Origin: Flavobacteriales bacterium
Lineage (GTDB): Bacteria > Bacteroidota > Bacteroidia > UBA10329
Direction of reading: 5' to 3'
Length of the DNA: 40,105 nt
Assembly: GCA_049608805.1 (NCBI GenBank)
Contig: JBMYXX010000003.1
Location: 1 to 40,105, forward strand
Part shown: positions 1 through 8,559 of the stretch, in pieces
Numbering within the stretch: position 1 is the stretch's first letter
Layout: the number at the start of each line of letters is the position of its first letter
Notes under the pieces: generated by a model
Database searches by the model: none
Seen by the model: the letters and a program-made list of their open reading frames with translations, nothing else
What the model was told of the DNA's origin: nothing
Made by a program: the position numbers and the translations under genes

Positions 1-1
1 G

Positions 2-820
2 GATAAAGCGGGATTCAAGCAAAGCTTGCTAACCATTGCTTACGTAGGCGTTTTTGTTGCGCTCTTTTTGTTTTTCATTCGGCCTTTCGGAATAGAAGGT
101 TCTTGGGCAGATTTGGCCGTAGCTTCTGTTGGGTTTGGTGCGGTAACCATCGCTTTTGGTTGGGTTTTCGAAGCTGTTTCTCGCTATGCGTTGAAGATTC
201 AAACACATGGCCCTAAATGGACGCTCGGCAAATGGATGATTATGTCAATCGTTTTGGTGGTGTGGATAGCGTTTGGGAATTACCTGTTCGTGAATTTCCT
301 ATCTGGGTGGAACGCGGTTGGCTATTTCAATTTCATCAGAATGATTGGGTACACATCGCTCATCGGAATATTTCCCGTTGCATTGTCGGGCTTAGTTGTT
401 CAAATGCGTGCCGAAAAGGCGAATGAAATAGACGCGCAATCTTTGGATAGTAGGTTGCAAGAACCGCCATCAACTAACTCAAAGCAAATCAGACTAACAG
501 ATTCCGCAGGGAAAGAACTGAAGTTAAACTCGGAACAAATTCGGTATGCAGAAGCCATGCAGAATTACGTTACGGTTTGGTTTGTTGAGGGCAACGAAAT
601 GAAAAAGGAAACGCTGCGAGCAACGGTTTCTTCCATTGAAGAACAACTGTCTGATTGTTCTGTAATTCGCTGTCATCGGTCGTATTTGGTAAACGTAAAT
701 ACTGTTGAGAAAGTGAGCGGAAACGCTCAGGGTTTACGTTTAAAATTGAGCGCAGTTTCTGAGTTTGAAGTACCTGTTTCTCGTTCTTATATTGATGAAA
801 TAAGAAGATTTATGGATTGA
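2..820 (+). CDS. Membrane-anchored LytTR-family transcriptional regulator (5' end probably outside the window)
   Basis: About four hydrophobic TM segments are followed by a LytTR domain (IRYAEAMQNYV...LRATVSSIEEQL...IRCHRSYLVN...VPVSRSY). There is no receiver domain. The frame is open from position 2, so the TTG start at 26 is probably not the true start. Confidence 0.88.
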   Translation, partial: DKAGFKQSLLTIAYVGVFVALFLFFIRPFGIEGSWADLAVASVGFGAVTIAFGWVFEAVSRYALKIQTHGPKWTLGKWMIMSIVLVVWIAFGNYLFVNFLSGWNAVGYFNFIRMIGYTSLIGIFPVALSGLVVQMRAEKANEIDAQSLDSRLQEPPSTNSKQIRLTDSAGKELKLNSEQIRYAEAMQNYVTVWFVEGNEMKKETLRATVSSIEEQLSDCSVIRCHRSYLVNVNTVEKVSGNAQGLRLKLSAVSEFEVPVSRSYIDEIRRFMD

Positions 821-900
821 TGTTTAGCCCTGCCGATTGCCGTTTGTCCCAAAGGTTTGATATCCGTCACTAAGCTTTGTAATCCGTCCCTTTTGTTCTT
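821..900 (+). promoter_or_regulatory. Four direct repeats at a 20-bp period, putative LytTR binding boxes
   Basis: TTTAGCCC (823), TTTGTCCC (843), TCCGTCAC (863) and TCCGTCCC (883) lie between the LytTR gene and the next promoter. Confidence 0.65.
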
Positions 901-920
901 GATGTGGCCGTAGTTGACCA

Positions 921-928
921 TAGGTTTG
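921..928 (+). promoter_or_regulatory. Bacteroidota sigma70 -7 element
   Basis: TAGGTTTG matches TAnnTTTG. A TTG lies at 899-901 (19-nt spacer) and the ATG is at 953. Confidence 0.6.
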
Positions 929-952
929 AGCCGAAATCAAAACTCAACCACT

Positions 953-1648
953 ATGGAAATCATCGCTAAAACATTGCTCTTTTTACATGTGTCTTTCGGG
1001 TTTGCCAGCCTTGTGCTTTTCTGGCTTCCTGTGTTCTTAAAGAAAGGAGGGAAGGGGCACGTCATTACAGGAAAGCTTTATGTCATTGCCATGTGGATTG
1101 TTGTAACAACAGCAGCGTTACTAAGCGTGAAGAATGTCCTTATCGGTAAGTATTTCATGGCGGCTTTTCTTGGGTTTATATCGCTGATTACTGCAAACCC
1201 ACTTTGGTATGGTATGGCAATACTTAAGAAGGAAAAAGGCGAAACATGCCGGAAGGGTAGACTGTTGTTCGAGTCGCTAATACTCGTTTACAGCATCGGG
1301 CTGCTTGGTTCTGGATTGTATGATGTGTGGCTGGACAATAACCCCAATGTGTTGCAGTTCATCTTCGGTGGACTTGGGCTAACGGCCATTCCGACCATTC
1401 TTCAACTTCGCAAAACAGATTCGGAAAAACCCGATCGAATAAAAGAACACATGGTCGGTCTGCTTACGAGCGGCATTGCTGCTTACTCAGCCTTTTTTGT
1501 ATTTGGAGCTTATACATGGGTAGATAAATTCTTGCCAGGTATGTGGGGAATTATTCCATGGGTTGCCCCAGGTGTTTTAGGCGGATTTGGAATTACGTTT
1601 GGTGTGAAATATTTCCGCAAGAAGGGAATGATTAAAACCCAAGCTTAA
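953..1648 (+). CDS. Multi-pass membrane protein, DUF2306-like
   Basis: LHVSFG...KKGGKGHVITGKLYV...EHM motif pattern with 6-7 TM helices. The ATG at 953 is preferred over the TTG at 914 because the promoter lies between them. Confidence 0.7.
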   Translation: MEIIAKTLLFLHVSFGFASLVLFWLPVFLKKGGKGHVITGKLYVIAMWIVVTTAALLSVKNVLIGKYFMAAFLGFISLITANPLWYGMAILKKEKGETCRKGRLLFESLILVYSIGLLGSGLYDVWLDNNPNVLQFIFGGLGLTAIPTILQLRKTDSEKPDRIKEHMVGLLTSGIAAYSAFFVFGAYTWVDKFLPGMWGIIPWVAPGVLGGFGITFGVKYFRKKGMIKTQA

Positions 1649-3021
1649 ATCTCATTCAATTTCGTGAGATTGGTTTTGTGAACTGGCCGTTGTGAAGAAT
1701 CGTGGTTGCCAAGAATTAGAATCGAAAACGTCTCTTCAGAATCGATATTAAATATTCGGTTTGAGTTTAGGAAATCGTAGCGTGAGCAAATTCTGTTTTG
1801 GTCAGATAGGCGTTTTACAAGTTGCTTGTTAACCGAATCGGAAAGGGTAGAGCCTTTTAAAACCAGTCCAACCGTTCCTCTTTCCGAGCACAAACTATTG
1901 CATAGTTCGGTGAAAAGCACGTTGGTGTGCAGTCCACCATTCGTTGAGTTTTGAAAACGTGAATCTTCGTAAATTGAATCAACCGCTAAGTCCGTTGCTT
2001 CTTCGTGTTCTAACAACCAGTCGAATAACAAAGGATGAGAGGTTTCCAGTTTGCCCAGAACTGTTTCAAGTTCTTGTTGAGATTGAATTTCGTTCACTTT
2101 TGGCAAAACAATATGGCAGAAGAAACCTAAGTCAAAACCAACTTCTCCCCAAGGCGGATTGCCAATAATCACATCACATTTCGGAATGTGATTTGGTTCT
2201 ATTGCCAAACCATTGTGGTAATAAAACTCATGACCAAAATCGAAGTCTGGGTAGCCACTGTTTGGAGCAATAAGTGGATTGCCTAAAACAAAGCTTTCGT
2301 TCAATCCTGAATACAAATTCATATTCCCAATAGCTTCCAATACTTGAAGCTTGGCAATTTCAAGCGATAGTGAATCAGCTTCAATGGCGTAGAAATTCAG
2401 TGCAATCTTTTTTAGCTCTTGCTTGGAGAAAGTTAGATGCGTTTTGTAGTAACGAAGAATGGATAAAAGAAAACTTCCTGTTCCGCAGGAATAGTCTGCA
2501 AATGAAGTACCTAGGAACAAACCGTGCACGCGCTGAACTTGTGATTCAGTTTTGTTTGATGAAGAAAACTTAGGAATTCCAGTGTTACTCTCAACGTAGT
2601 TGTCGAGCGTAAACTGCACGATTTTATCGGCCAATTCATCTGGCGTGTAGAACGAACCGATTGAATCTAAATTCTCGGCATCAGCTACCAGTTTTCCGTC
2701 TGCGATTGGGAATTCCATCAGCAACATCATCTCATACAAATGAGATAGATTAGCTCTAATGAACTCTTGCTTAGTAAACCAAGTTTTGAACTGGTTTAGA
2801 GCTTCTTCTTCAACATCTGTAAGCTCGTTTAAAACCTGAGCAAACAAAGATGCTTTGGGTAAATCATCACCAAAAACAATCCCCAAAACACCTGCCTGCA
2901 ACCGATAGATTGAGTTGTAGTATGCTGTAGGGTTCGCTATTGCGTTGTCCCTAATCTCGGTTTGGCGAGAAACAACATCAAGGATAACCTCCGAGATTTT
3001 ATGGCAAATACTGTTGAGCAT
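1645..3021 (-). CDS. N6-adenine DNA methyltransferase-like protein (Eco57I/type IIG-like MTase core), orphan
   Basis: Motif X GSFYTP, motif I ADYSCGTGSFL and motif IV DVIIGNPPW occur in gamma-class order. The ORF ends soon after motif VIII. Its stop overlaps the convergent gene's stop at TTAA 1645-1648. Confidence 0.8.
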   Translation of the reverse strand: MLNSICHKISEVILDVVSRQTEIRDNAIANPTAYYNSIYRLQAGVLGIVFGDDLPKASLFAQVLNELTDVEEEALNQFKTWFTKQEFIRANLSHLYEMMLLMEFPIADGKLVADAENLDSIGSFYTPDELADKIVQFTLDNYVESNTGIPKFSSSNKTESQVQRVHGLFLGTSFADYSCGTGSFLLSILRYYKTHLTFSKQELKKIALNFYAIEADSLSLEIAKLQVLEAIGNMNLYSGLNESFVLGNPLIAPNSGYPDFDFGHEFYYHNGLAIEPNHIPKCDVIIGNPPWGEVGFDLGFFCHIVLPKVNEIQSQQELETVLGKLETSHPLLFDWLLEHEEATDLAVDSIYEDSRFQNSTNGGLHTNVLFTELCNSLCSERGTVGLVLKGSTLSDSVNKQLVKRLSDQNRICSRYDFLNSNRIFNIDSEETFSILILGNHDSSQRPVHKTNLTKLNEI

Positions 3022-3074
3022 GAAGCTGCCAAGTTATAACTCAGGAGGTTATGGATTCAGTTCCGTCTATCTTT

Positions 3075-3082
3075 TAGCTTTG
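3075..3082 (+). promoter_or_regulatory. Bacteroidota -7 promoter element
   Basis: TAGCTTTG lies 20 nt upstream of the ATG at 3103. Confidence 0.6.
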
Positions 3083-3102
3083 CAAGCCACAATTGAATAA
3101 TA

Positions 3103-3882
3103 ATGAGCGAAGCAATAGACCAGGGAGGAGTAGCTATTTCAGTAGATGAACGTGGTGTGGCCACCATCGAATTTCATCATCCATTAAGTAACTCTTTACC
3201 AGGTAAGGTCTTGCGGAAATTGGCGCAGACTATTGAAGATGCTGGTAAGGACGAAAACGTAAAAGTTATACTGATGAAAAGTGCTGGAGAACGCGCTTTT
3301 TGTGCTGGAGCTTCGTTTGATGAGTTGGTTTCTATCGATGATTTAGAAACAGGAAAAGTGTTCTTCTCAGGATTTGCTGGGGTGATTAACGCCATCCGCA
3401 AAGCGCCAAAGTTTGTGCTCTGCAGAGTGCAGGGAAAAGCCGTTGGGGGTGGAGTAGGACTTGCTTCTGCGGCAGATTACACTTTCGGGACAAAACACGC
3501 TGCTGTAAAGCTAAGTGAGCTCGCTATTGGAATTGGCCCATTTGTAGTTGGACCTGTAGTAGAAAAGAAGATTGGTAATTCAGCATTTTCTCAAATGACC
3601 ATTGATGCCACAACTTGGTATTCGGCAGAGTGGGCGAGAGAAAAAGGTATGTACACTTCTATTCACGATTCGGCCGAGGAAATGGATACTGCCATTAACG
3701 CCTTGCTTGAAAAGCTTTCCAAAAGCAATCCAGAAGCTATGGCACTTTTAAAAGGTGTTTTTTGGGAAGGAACAGAGCATTGGGATACTTTGCTTTCTGA
3801 TAGAGCAGAGTTAAGTGGCAAATTGGTGCTGTCTGATTTTACCAGAAATGCAATCTCCAAGTTCAAGAAAGGGGAGCGGTAG
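3103..3882 (+). CDS. Enoyl-CoA hydratase/isomerase (crotonase family, methylglutaconyl-CoA hydratase-like)
   Basis: AFCAGASFDEL, VQGKAVGGGVGLASAADY and LSELAIGIGP motifs. Confidence 0.92.
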   Translation: MSEAIDQGGVAISVDERGVATIEFHHPLSNSLPGKVLRKLAQTIEDAGKDENVKVILMKSAGERAFCAGASFDELVSIDDLETGKVFFSGFAGVINAIRKAPKFVLCRVQGKAVGGGVGLASAADYTFGTKHAAVKLSELAIGIGPFVVGPVVEKKIGNSAFSQMTIDATTWYSAEWAREKGMYTSIHDSAEEMDTAINALLEKLSKSNPEAMALLKGVFWEGTEHWDTLLSDRAELSGKLVLSDFTRNAISKFKKGER

Positions 3883-3898
3883 TTGGGGTTAATTTGAA

Positions 3899-4225
3899 AT
3901 GGAGCTACCAGAGTTTGACATGACGGGCGAATTCCACTTGGTCAAGGAAGGGGGAAGACGCAACCCTCTCAAAAATGGACATTGGTGCCACTCAAATGCA
4001 AAAGGAGTTGAACGACAAGACTCCTGCGGCATCTTTTTTAACGACCGAGAAGTGCTAAACCTTGGTGAAACCTGCTCGGCTGGCTGGAAGTTCTTATTTC
4101 GTAACTCGGACGGCTTTGAAATCCAAGTCGCGACTGGACAAGTGTTTGAAGTAAATGAAGGCGCGACAAAAATTGGAGAGTTTAAGGTAGTTGAAGTGCT
4201 GAATGAAAAAATAAAGAAAAACTAA
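3899..4225 (+). CDS. Small protein resembling EF-Tu C-terminal domain III
   Basis: KEGGRRNPLKNG...LNLGET...GQVFEVNEGATKIGEFKV parallels EF-Tu domain III (EGGRHTPF...VMPGD...GLRFAIREGGRTVGAGVV). Confidence 0.6.
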   Translation: MELPEFDMTGEFHLVKEGGRRNPLKNGHWCHSNAKGVERQDSCGIFFNDREVLNLGETCSAGWKFLFRNSDGFEIQVATGQVFEVNEGATKIGEFKVVEVLNEKIKKN

Positions 4226-4264
4226 CCCCAACAACCGTTAGCTAGAAAATTAGAATAGTTGTCG

Positions 4265-4299
4265 TAAACCTGCGAGGTTTCGAAAACCTCACAGGTTTA
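4265..4299. repeat. REP-like palindrome, possible bidirectional terminator
   Basis: TAAACCTGCGAGGTTT-CGA-AAACCTCACAGGTTTA forms a 16-bp stem with one mismatch between convergent genes. A related copy is at 20962. Confidence 0.75.
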
Positions 4300-4317
4300 A
4301 GTTTGGCTTCTCTTATC

Positions 4318-5424
4318 CTACAACTGAACGTCTTTCTGCGTTTCTATTGGTGCAGGAATTTCCTTTGGGTCATCGCCAATCATTTCCCGAATATCAATTT
4401 CAATTCCTCTAGACATGGTTGTAATTGGAATGTCATTGCTATTTCCTTCAAACGGATTTTCAGTGTTTTCGCCAATGCGCTCCATGGTGTGGAAAATCCA
4501 AGAAACAATAACCGTAAACGGAACTGTAAACCAGATAAAATACTTCCCTACAAATTCTACAACCTGATGAACAGGGCTTGAATGAACCAACATGTGTGCG
4601 TGAATAGCTTTCATAACCTCAAAGCCAATCTTCTCAAATTCGTGCATCATTCCTAGAGGCAAGAGGAAAATGAAAATCCAAACGAAATAGTAATTCAGCG
4701 TTGCAAACTGACGTGGATATGGGAAGTTCTTAATTCGCTCTACTTTACCCTGTAGCGTGAAAAACTCTGTAAGCATTGCCTGCATTTCCATATGTCGGAA
4801 ATCTTCAATCAACCCATCTTCCAAGAGCCTTTTAAGGTGTGCAGATTGCAGGTTAAGACACGCACCTTGTTTGTTTGTTTTGCTCAGAATCTCTTCCATT
4901 TCGGCCTTAGATACATAGCCTTGGAGCTCTTCTTCTAACGAGTATTTAAACTCTCGTATTTCTAATTGAGACAAGTACTCTTGGTCAGCTTTATCCATTT
5001 TACTGAACTCCCAAGATTTGTGCTGTCTGAGCGCATGTCTTAGGCTTGTCATCCAAGCTACATGCCGTAGCACCATTTCTTTTCTAATGCTAAACAACTC
5101 GGCATCAGTTAAGACAGTTTTTGCATGCTGATTAGAAATGAAATCGTTTAACATTAACGTAAACGACCGCGAGCCATTTACAATGCCTCCATAAATTTTA
5201 CGCGCTTCCCATAACCTATCGTAAGAAGCGTTGTTTTTAAAACTGACAATAAAGGCCACAGCAGTACCCACAACGCCAATCGGCAACCAAGGAAGGTGAA
5301 GCCAGTAAAATCCTAATCCTTTGAAAAGAAACACTGGAATGGCCCCAATAATGATGAATTTGTAAAGGTCCCTGCGGGTCCACATCATCATCCCTGTAAA
5401 GGGAAATTTTCTCTGTACGTACAT
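4318..5424 (-). CDS. Bestrophin-family (UPF0187/YneE-like) ion channel
   Basis: FKNNASYDRLWEARKIYG, ERIKNFPYP and ENPFEG..NDIP motifs. Confidence 0.9.
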   Translation of the reverse strand: MYVQRKFPFTGMMMWTRRDLYKFIIIGAIPVFLFKGLGFYWLHLPWLPIGVVGTAVAFIVSFKNNASYDRLWEARKIYGGIVNGSRSFTLMLNDFISNQHAKTVLTDAELFSIRKEMVLRHVAWMTSLRHALRQHKSWEFSKMDKADQEYLSQLEIREFKYSLEEELQGYVSKAEMEEILSKTNKQGACLNLQSAHLKRLLEDGLIEDFRHMEMQAMLTEFFTLQGKVERIKNFPYPRQFATLNYYFVWIFIFLLPLGMMHEFEKIGFEVMKAIHAHMLVHSSPVHQVVEFVGKYFIWFTVPFTVIVSWIFHTMERIGENTENPFEGNSNDIPITTMSRGIEIDIREMIGDDPKEIPAPIETQKDVQL

Positions 5425-5611
5425 CGATGGTATTGTTTAAGCGTGTTTCACAAACCTACGTATCTGCAAGATTGTTTTGCAAATAACTTATCAGGCGATT
5501 GGGGAATTAGCAAATAGGTTCTTCGGCTACGTAAACTCCGCTCTGGATGATAGCTCAAAGCTCATTCCTCCAATTTGCCAACTCCATCAACTTTATCAAC
5601 TTTGTCAGCCC

Positions 5612-7690
5612 ATGATAAAAGCGAAGAAAGGTGCTGTTTCTGTTGATGTCTTAAAAAAGGCCTACCGTCTTATGTGCACGGCTAAGGCCATGACTACGCT
5701 TTATGAGGAGAATGCCAAAGTCACGAGCAAGTACGTACACGCTACTTCTCGTGGACATGAAGCTGTTCAGATAGCCCTCGGATTACAACTCAAACCACAA
5801 GATTTTGTAGCGCCTTACTATCGTGATGATTCGATTCTGCTTTCCATTGGAATGCAGCCACATGAGTTGATGTTGCAGTTGCTCGCTAAACGCGATGACC
5901 CTTTCTCTGGTGGAAGAACGTATTACAGTCATCCAAGTCTCAATAGAGACGGCATGCCAAAGATTCCGCATCAGAGTTCAGCAACAGGTATGCAAGCCAT
6001 TCCAACAACAGGAATTGCCATGGGTGTGCAGTACCGAGAGTTGATGGGTCTGGATGCCGATAAGGACGATAAACCAGTTGTGGTTTGCTCTATTGGAGAT
6101 GCTGCTGTAACGGAAGGCGAAGTAGCTGAAGCATTGCAAATGGCAGTGCTCAAACAATTGCCAATACTTTACTTGGTTCAGGATAACGAATGGGACATTT
6201 CTGCAAGCGCAGAAGAGATTCGTGCTATGGATGCGAGTGAGTACGCTAAAGGATTTAAAGGACTTGAGGTTCAGTCGATTAATGGCTCTGACTTTGCGGA
6301 ATCATTTAATGTAATTGAGAAAGCGGTTAAGACCATTCGAAAAGAGCGAAGACCGATGATGGTACACGCTAAAGTGCCGTTGTTAAACCACCATACATCT
6401 GGGGTTCGGATGGATTTTTACCGTACCGATGAAGACCTCGCGGAGCATGGAAAACGTGACCCATATCCTGTATTGAGAAAGCAATGCCTTGATGCGGAAA
6501 TTGCGGAAGCAGAATTGCTTGCCATTGAGTCGGAAACCAGAGACATGGTTCAGGCAGAATACGAGAAAGCATTGACGTTTGAAGACCCTCGTCCAGAGGA
6601 TTTATTCGACCATGTGTATGCTCCAACGCCAATTACTGAAGAGCTTGGAGAACGAGCTCCCGAAGGGAAAGAACCAACCGTAATGGTTGATAGTGCCTTG
6701 TTTGCAATTCGTGAATTGATGGCCAAACACCCAGAGTGTTTGCTTTACGGGCAAGATGTAGGAAGAAGGCTGGGAGGCGTGTTTAGAGAGGCAGCAACTT
6801 TGGCTGAAACGTATGGAGACCATCGTGTATTCAACACGCCAATTCAAGAAGCATTTATAATTGGAAGTACGGTTGGAATGAGTGCCGCTGGATTAAAGCC
6901 AATTGTGGAAGTTCAGTTTGCCGATTACATCTGGCCAGGTTTGAATCAGCTGTTTACGGAAGTAAGTCGTTCTTGCTATTTGAGTAATGGTAAATGGCCT
7001 GTAGGATGCATTCTTAGAGTACCAATTGGTGCGTATGGTAGCGGAGGTCCGTATCACTCATCAAGCGTTGAAAGCGTGCTTTGCAATATTAAAGGCATCA
7101 AAGTAGCCTATCCATCTACAGGTGCCGACCTCAAAGGGTTGATGAAAGCTGCGTATTACGACCCGAATCCAGTAGTAATGCTTGAGCATAAGGGCTTGTA
7201 TTGGAGTAAGATTAAAGGCACCGAAGGAGCCAGAACCATTGAGCCAAGCGAAGATTACGTGCTTCCTTTTGGGAAAGGACGTGTCGCCCTAGAAGCTGAT
7301 TCTGATAAGGTTGGAAATGGCGAGAGCGTTTGCGTGATTACCTATGGACGAGGAGTTTATTGGAGTCAGAATGCAGCTAAGCAGTTTAAAGGACAAGTGG
7401 AGGTGATTGACCTAAGAACACTTCAACCGTTAGATACCGAACTCATTTACGCTACTGTTAAAAAGCATGGCAAATGTGTGGTTGTAACGGAAGAACCTGT
7501 TTCTAACTCATTTGCGCAGAGTATTGCAGCGCGTATTTCAGATAACTGTTTCGAAGCTTTGGATGCTCCCGTAAAAGTTGTTGGTTCAGAAGACATGCCT
7601 GCAATTCCGCTTAACTCTATCCTGGAAGAAACCATGATTCCAAGTAAGGAACGAGTGGGAGAGGCTATTCAGTTTTTGTTGGATTACTGA
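5612..7690 (+). CDS. 2-oxoacid (probably branched-chain) dehydrogenase E1, fused alpha/beta subunits
   Basis: TPP motif GDAAVTEG...QDNEW, GHEA, YYRD, and beta-subunit motifs GQDV, FNTPIQE and EVQFADY. The ATG at 5612 is preferred over 5477. Confidence 0.93.
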   Translation: MIKAKKGAVSVDVLKKAYRLMCTAKAMTTLYEENAKVTSKYVHATSRGHEAVQIALGLQLKPQDFVAPYYRDDSILLSIGMQPHELMLQLLAKRDDPFSGGRTYYSHPSLNRDGMPKIPHQSSATGMQAIPTTGIAMGVQYRELMGLDADKDDKPVVVCSIGDAAVTEGEVAEALQMAVLKQLPILYLVQDNEWDISASAEEIRAMDASEYAKGFKGLEVQSINGSDFAESFNVIEKAVKTIRKERRPMMVHAKVPLLNHHTSGVRMDFYRTDEDLAEHGKRDPYPVLRKQCLDAEIAEAELLAIESETRDMVQAEYEKALTFEDPRPEDLFDHVYAPTPITEELGERAPEGKEPTVMVDSALFAIRELMAKHPECLLYGQDVGRRLGGVFREAATLAETYGDHRVFNTPIQEAFIIGSTVGMSAAGLKPIVEVQFADYIWPGLNQLFTEVSRSCYLSNGKWPVGCILRVPIGAYGSGGPYHSSSVESVLCNIKGIKVAYPSTGADLKGLMKAAYYDPNPVVMLEHKGLYWSKIKGTEGARTIEPSEDYVLPFGKGRVALEADSDKVGNGESVCVITYGRGVYWSQNAAKQFKGQVEVIDLRTLQPLDTELIYATVKKHGKCVVVTEEPVSNSFAQSIAARISDNCFEALDAPVKVVGSEDMPAIPLNSILEETMIPSKERVGEAIQFLLDY

Positions 7691-7724
7691 TAATAGCCTT
7701 CCAGCAAATTAAGAACTGCGGGAT

Positions 7725-8531
7725 TCACTTTTCGACACTGGGAAGTGTCCAAATCAAACCTATTGAAAAGTGGTGTTGTCCACCAATCTTCTCGGGTGCC
7801 TTGAGCAAAGCAAACTCAATTCCTTGTTGATTGACAACGCCACCTGAAATGTAATACTCATCTGAGCCTGGTATGGTGTTGTTTTGATAAGTAAGAAAGT
7901 TTGAGGTTTCTCCTTCTTCCAGAGAAGGTTTCCCGAAAATGTATTGAAAGCCGTATTTGAACGAAAGCCACATCCAAGGAGCTAACGGAATTCTGTGGTT
8001 TATGCCTGTAGTCAAGCCAGCGTTTAGACTCTGCCTTAATGGTAAATTGTGTTCAATATCTACATTGGTGAATACCTGGTCAATATTCAGCTTGCCCGAT
8101 GTAATTACATTTAATTGTGGGCCAATTTCAAACGTTACGTTACCTCTTGGACCAAACCTATGAGTATAACTAATCAATAAGTCAACTGAAACGGGGACAA
8201 TGTTGATCGTAGCGTTGTATGCGTTTGTGGAGAGCCCCAACATATCAAGTTGTTCAGAGTCTTTTTTTATCCCAAATGACTGAAACCCTGTTCCAACACC
8301 AAGGCTAATGCCAATGCGCCTTCTTAAGAATGCATAGCGCGAAGAGAGTCGATTGTAGCTACCTGGAGCTGCGCCAAAGGTCATGTCTTCGCTCAAACCC
8401 GTGTGGAAGGTGAACTCAAAGCCTCGATTCTGGTCTAGCTTTTTACTTGGTTTTAAATCTTGGCTAAAACCTTCATTGGACAACGAAATTGAGAGCAGGA
8501 TAATCAGCCCGAATACCGTAAGATTTTTCAT
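7725..8531 (-). CDS. Secreted, probable outer-membrane beta-barrel protein
   Basis: Signal peptide MKNLTVFGLIILLSISL, alternating beta-strand segments and a C-terminal HHFSIGLIW strand. The start at 8531 avoids overlap with the upstream gene. Confidence 0.6.
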   Translation of the reverse strand: MKNLTVFGLIILLSISLSNEGFSQDLKPSKKLDQNRGFEFTFHTGLSEDMTFGAAPGSYNRLSSRYAFLRRRIGISLGVGTGFQSFGIKKDSEQLDMLGLSTNAYNATINIVPVSVDLLISYTHRFGPRGNVTFEIGPQLNVITSGKLNIDQVFTNVDIEHNLPLRQSLNAGLTTGINHRIPLAPWMWLSFKYGFQYIFGKPSLEEGETSNFLTYQNNTIPGSDEYYISGGVVNQQGIEFALLKAPEKIGGQHHFSIGLIWTLPSVEK

Positions 8532-8559
8532 AGGGGAAAGGGTTGACGCTTGCTGAGAA

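Noticed and set aside
821-900. Periodic repeats considered as a mini-CRISPR
   Set aside because: The units are 8 bp at a 20-bp period, far too short, and there are no cas genes. They fit a transcription-factor operator better.
1645-3021. Complete restriction-modification, BREX or DISARM defence island
   Set aside because: Only one MTase-like gene is present, flanked by unrelated genes, with no nuclease, helicase or specificity subunit.
5477-5611. N-terminal extensions from the ORF caller (also 914, 8600, 15990, 30495, 31441, 33974, 37637)
   Set aside because: The extensions lack family similarity and usually run across promoter-like boxes or the neighbouring gene. Downstream ATGs give proper N-termini or signal peptides.
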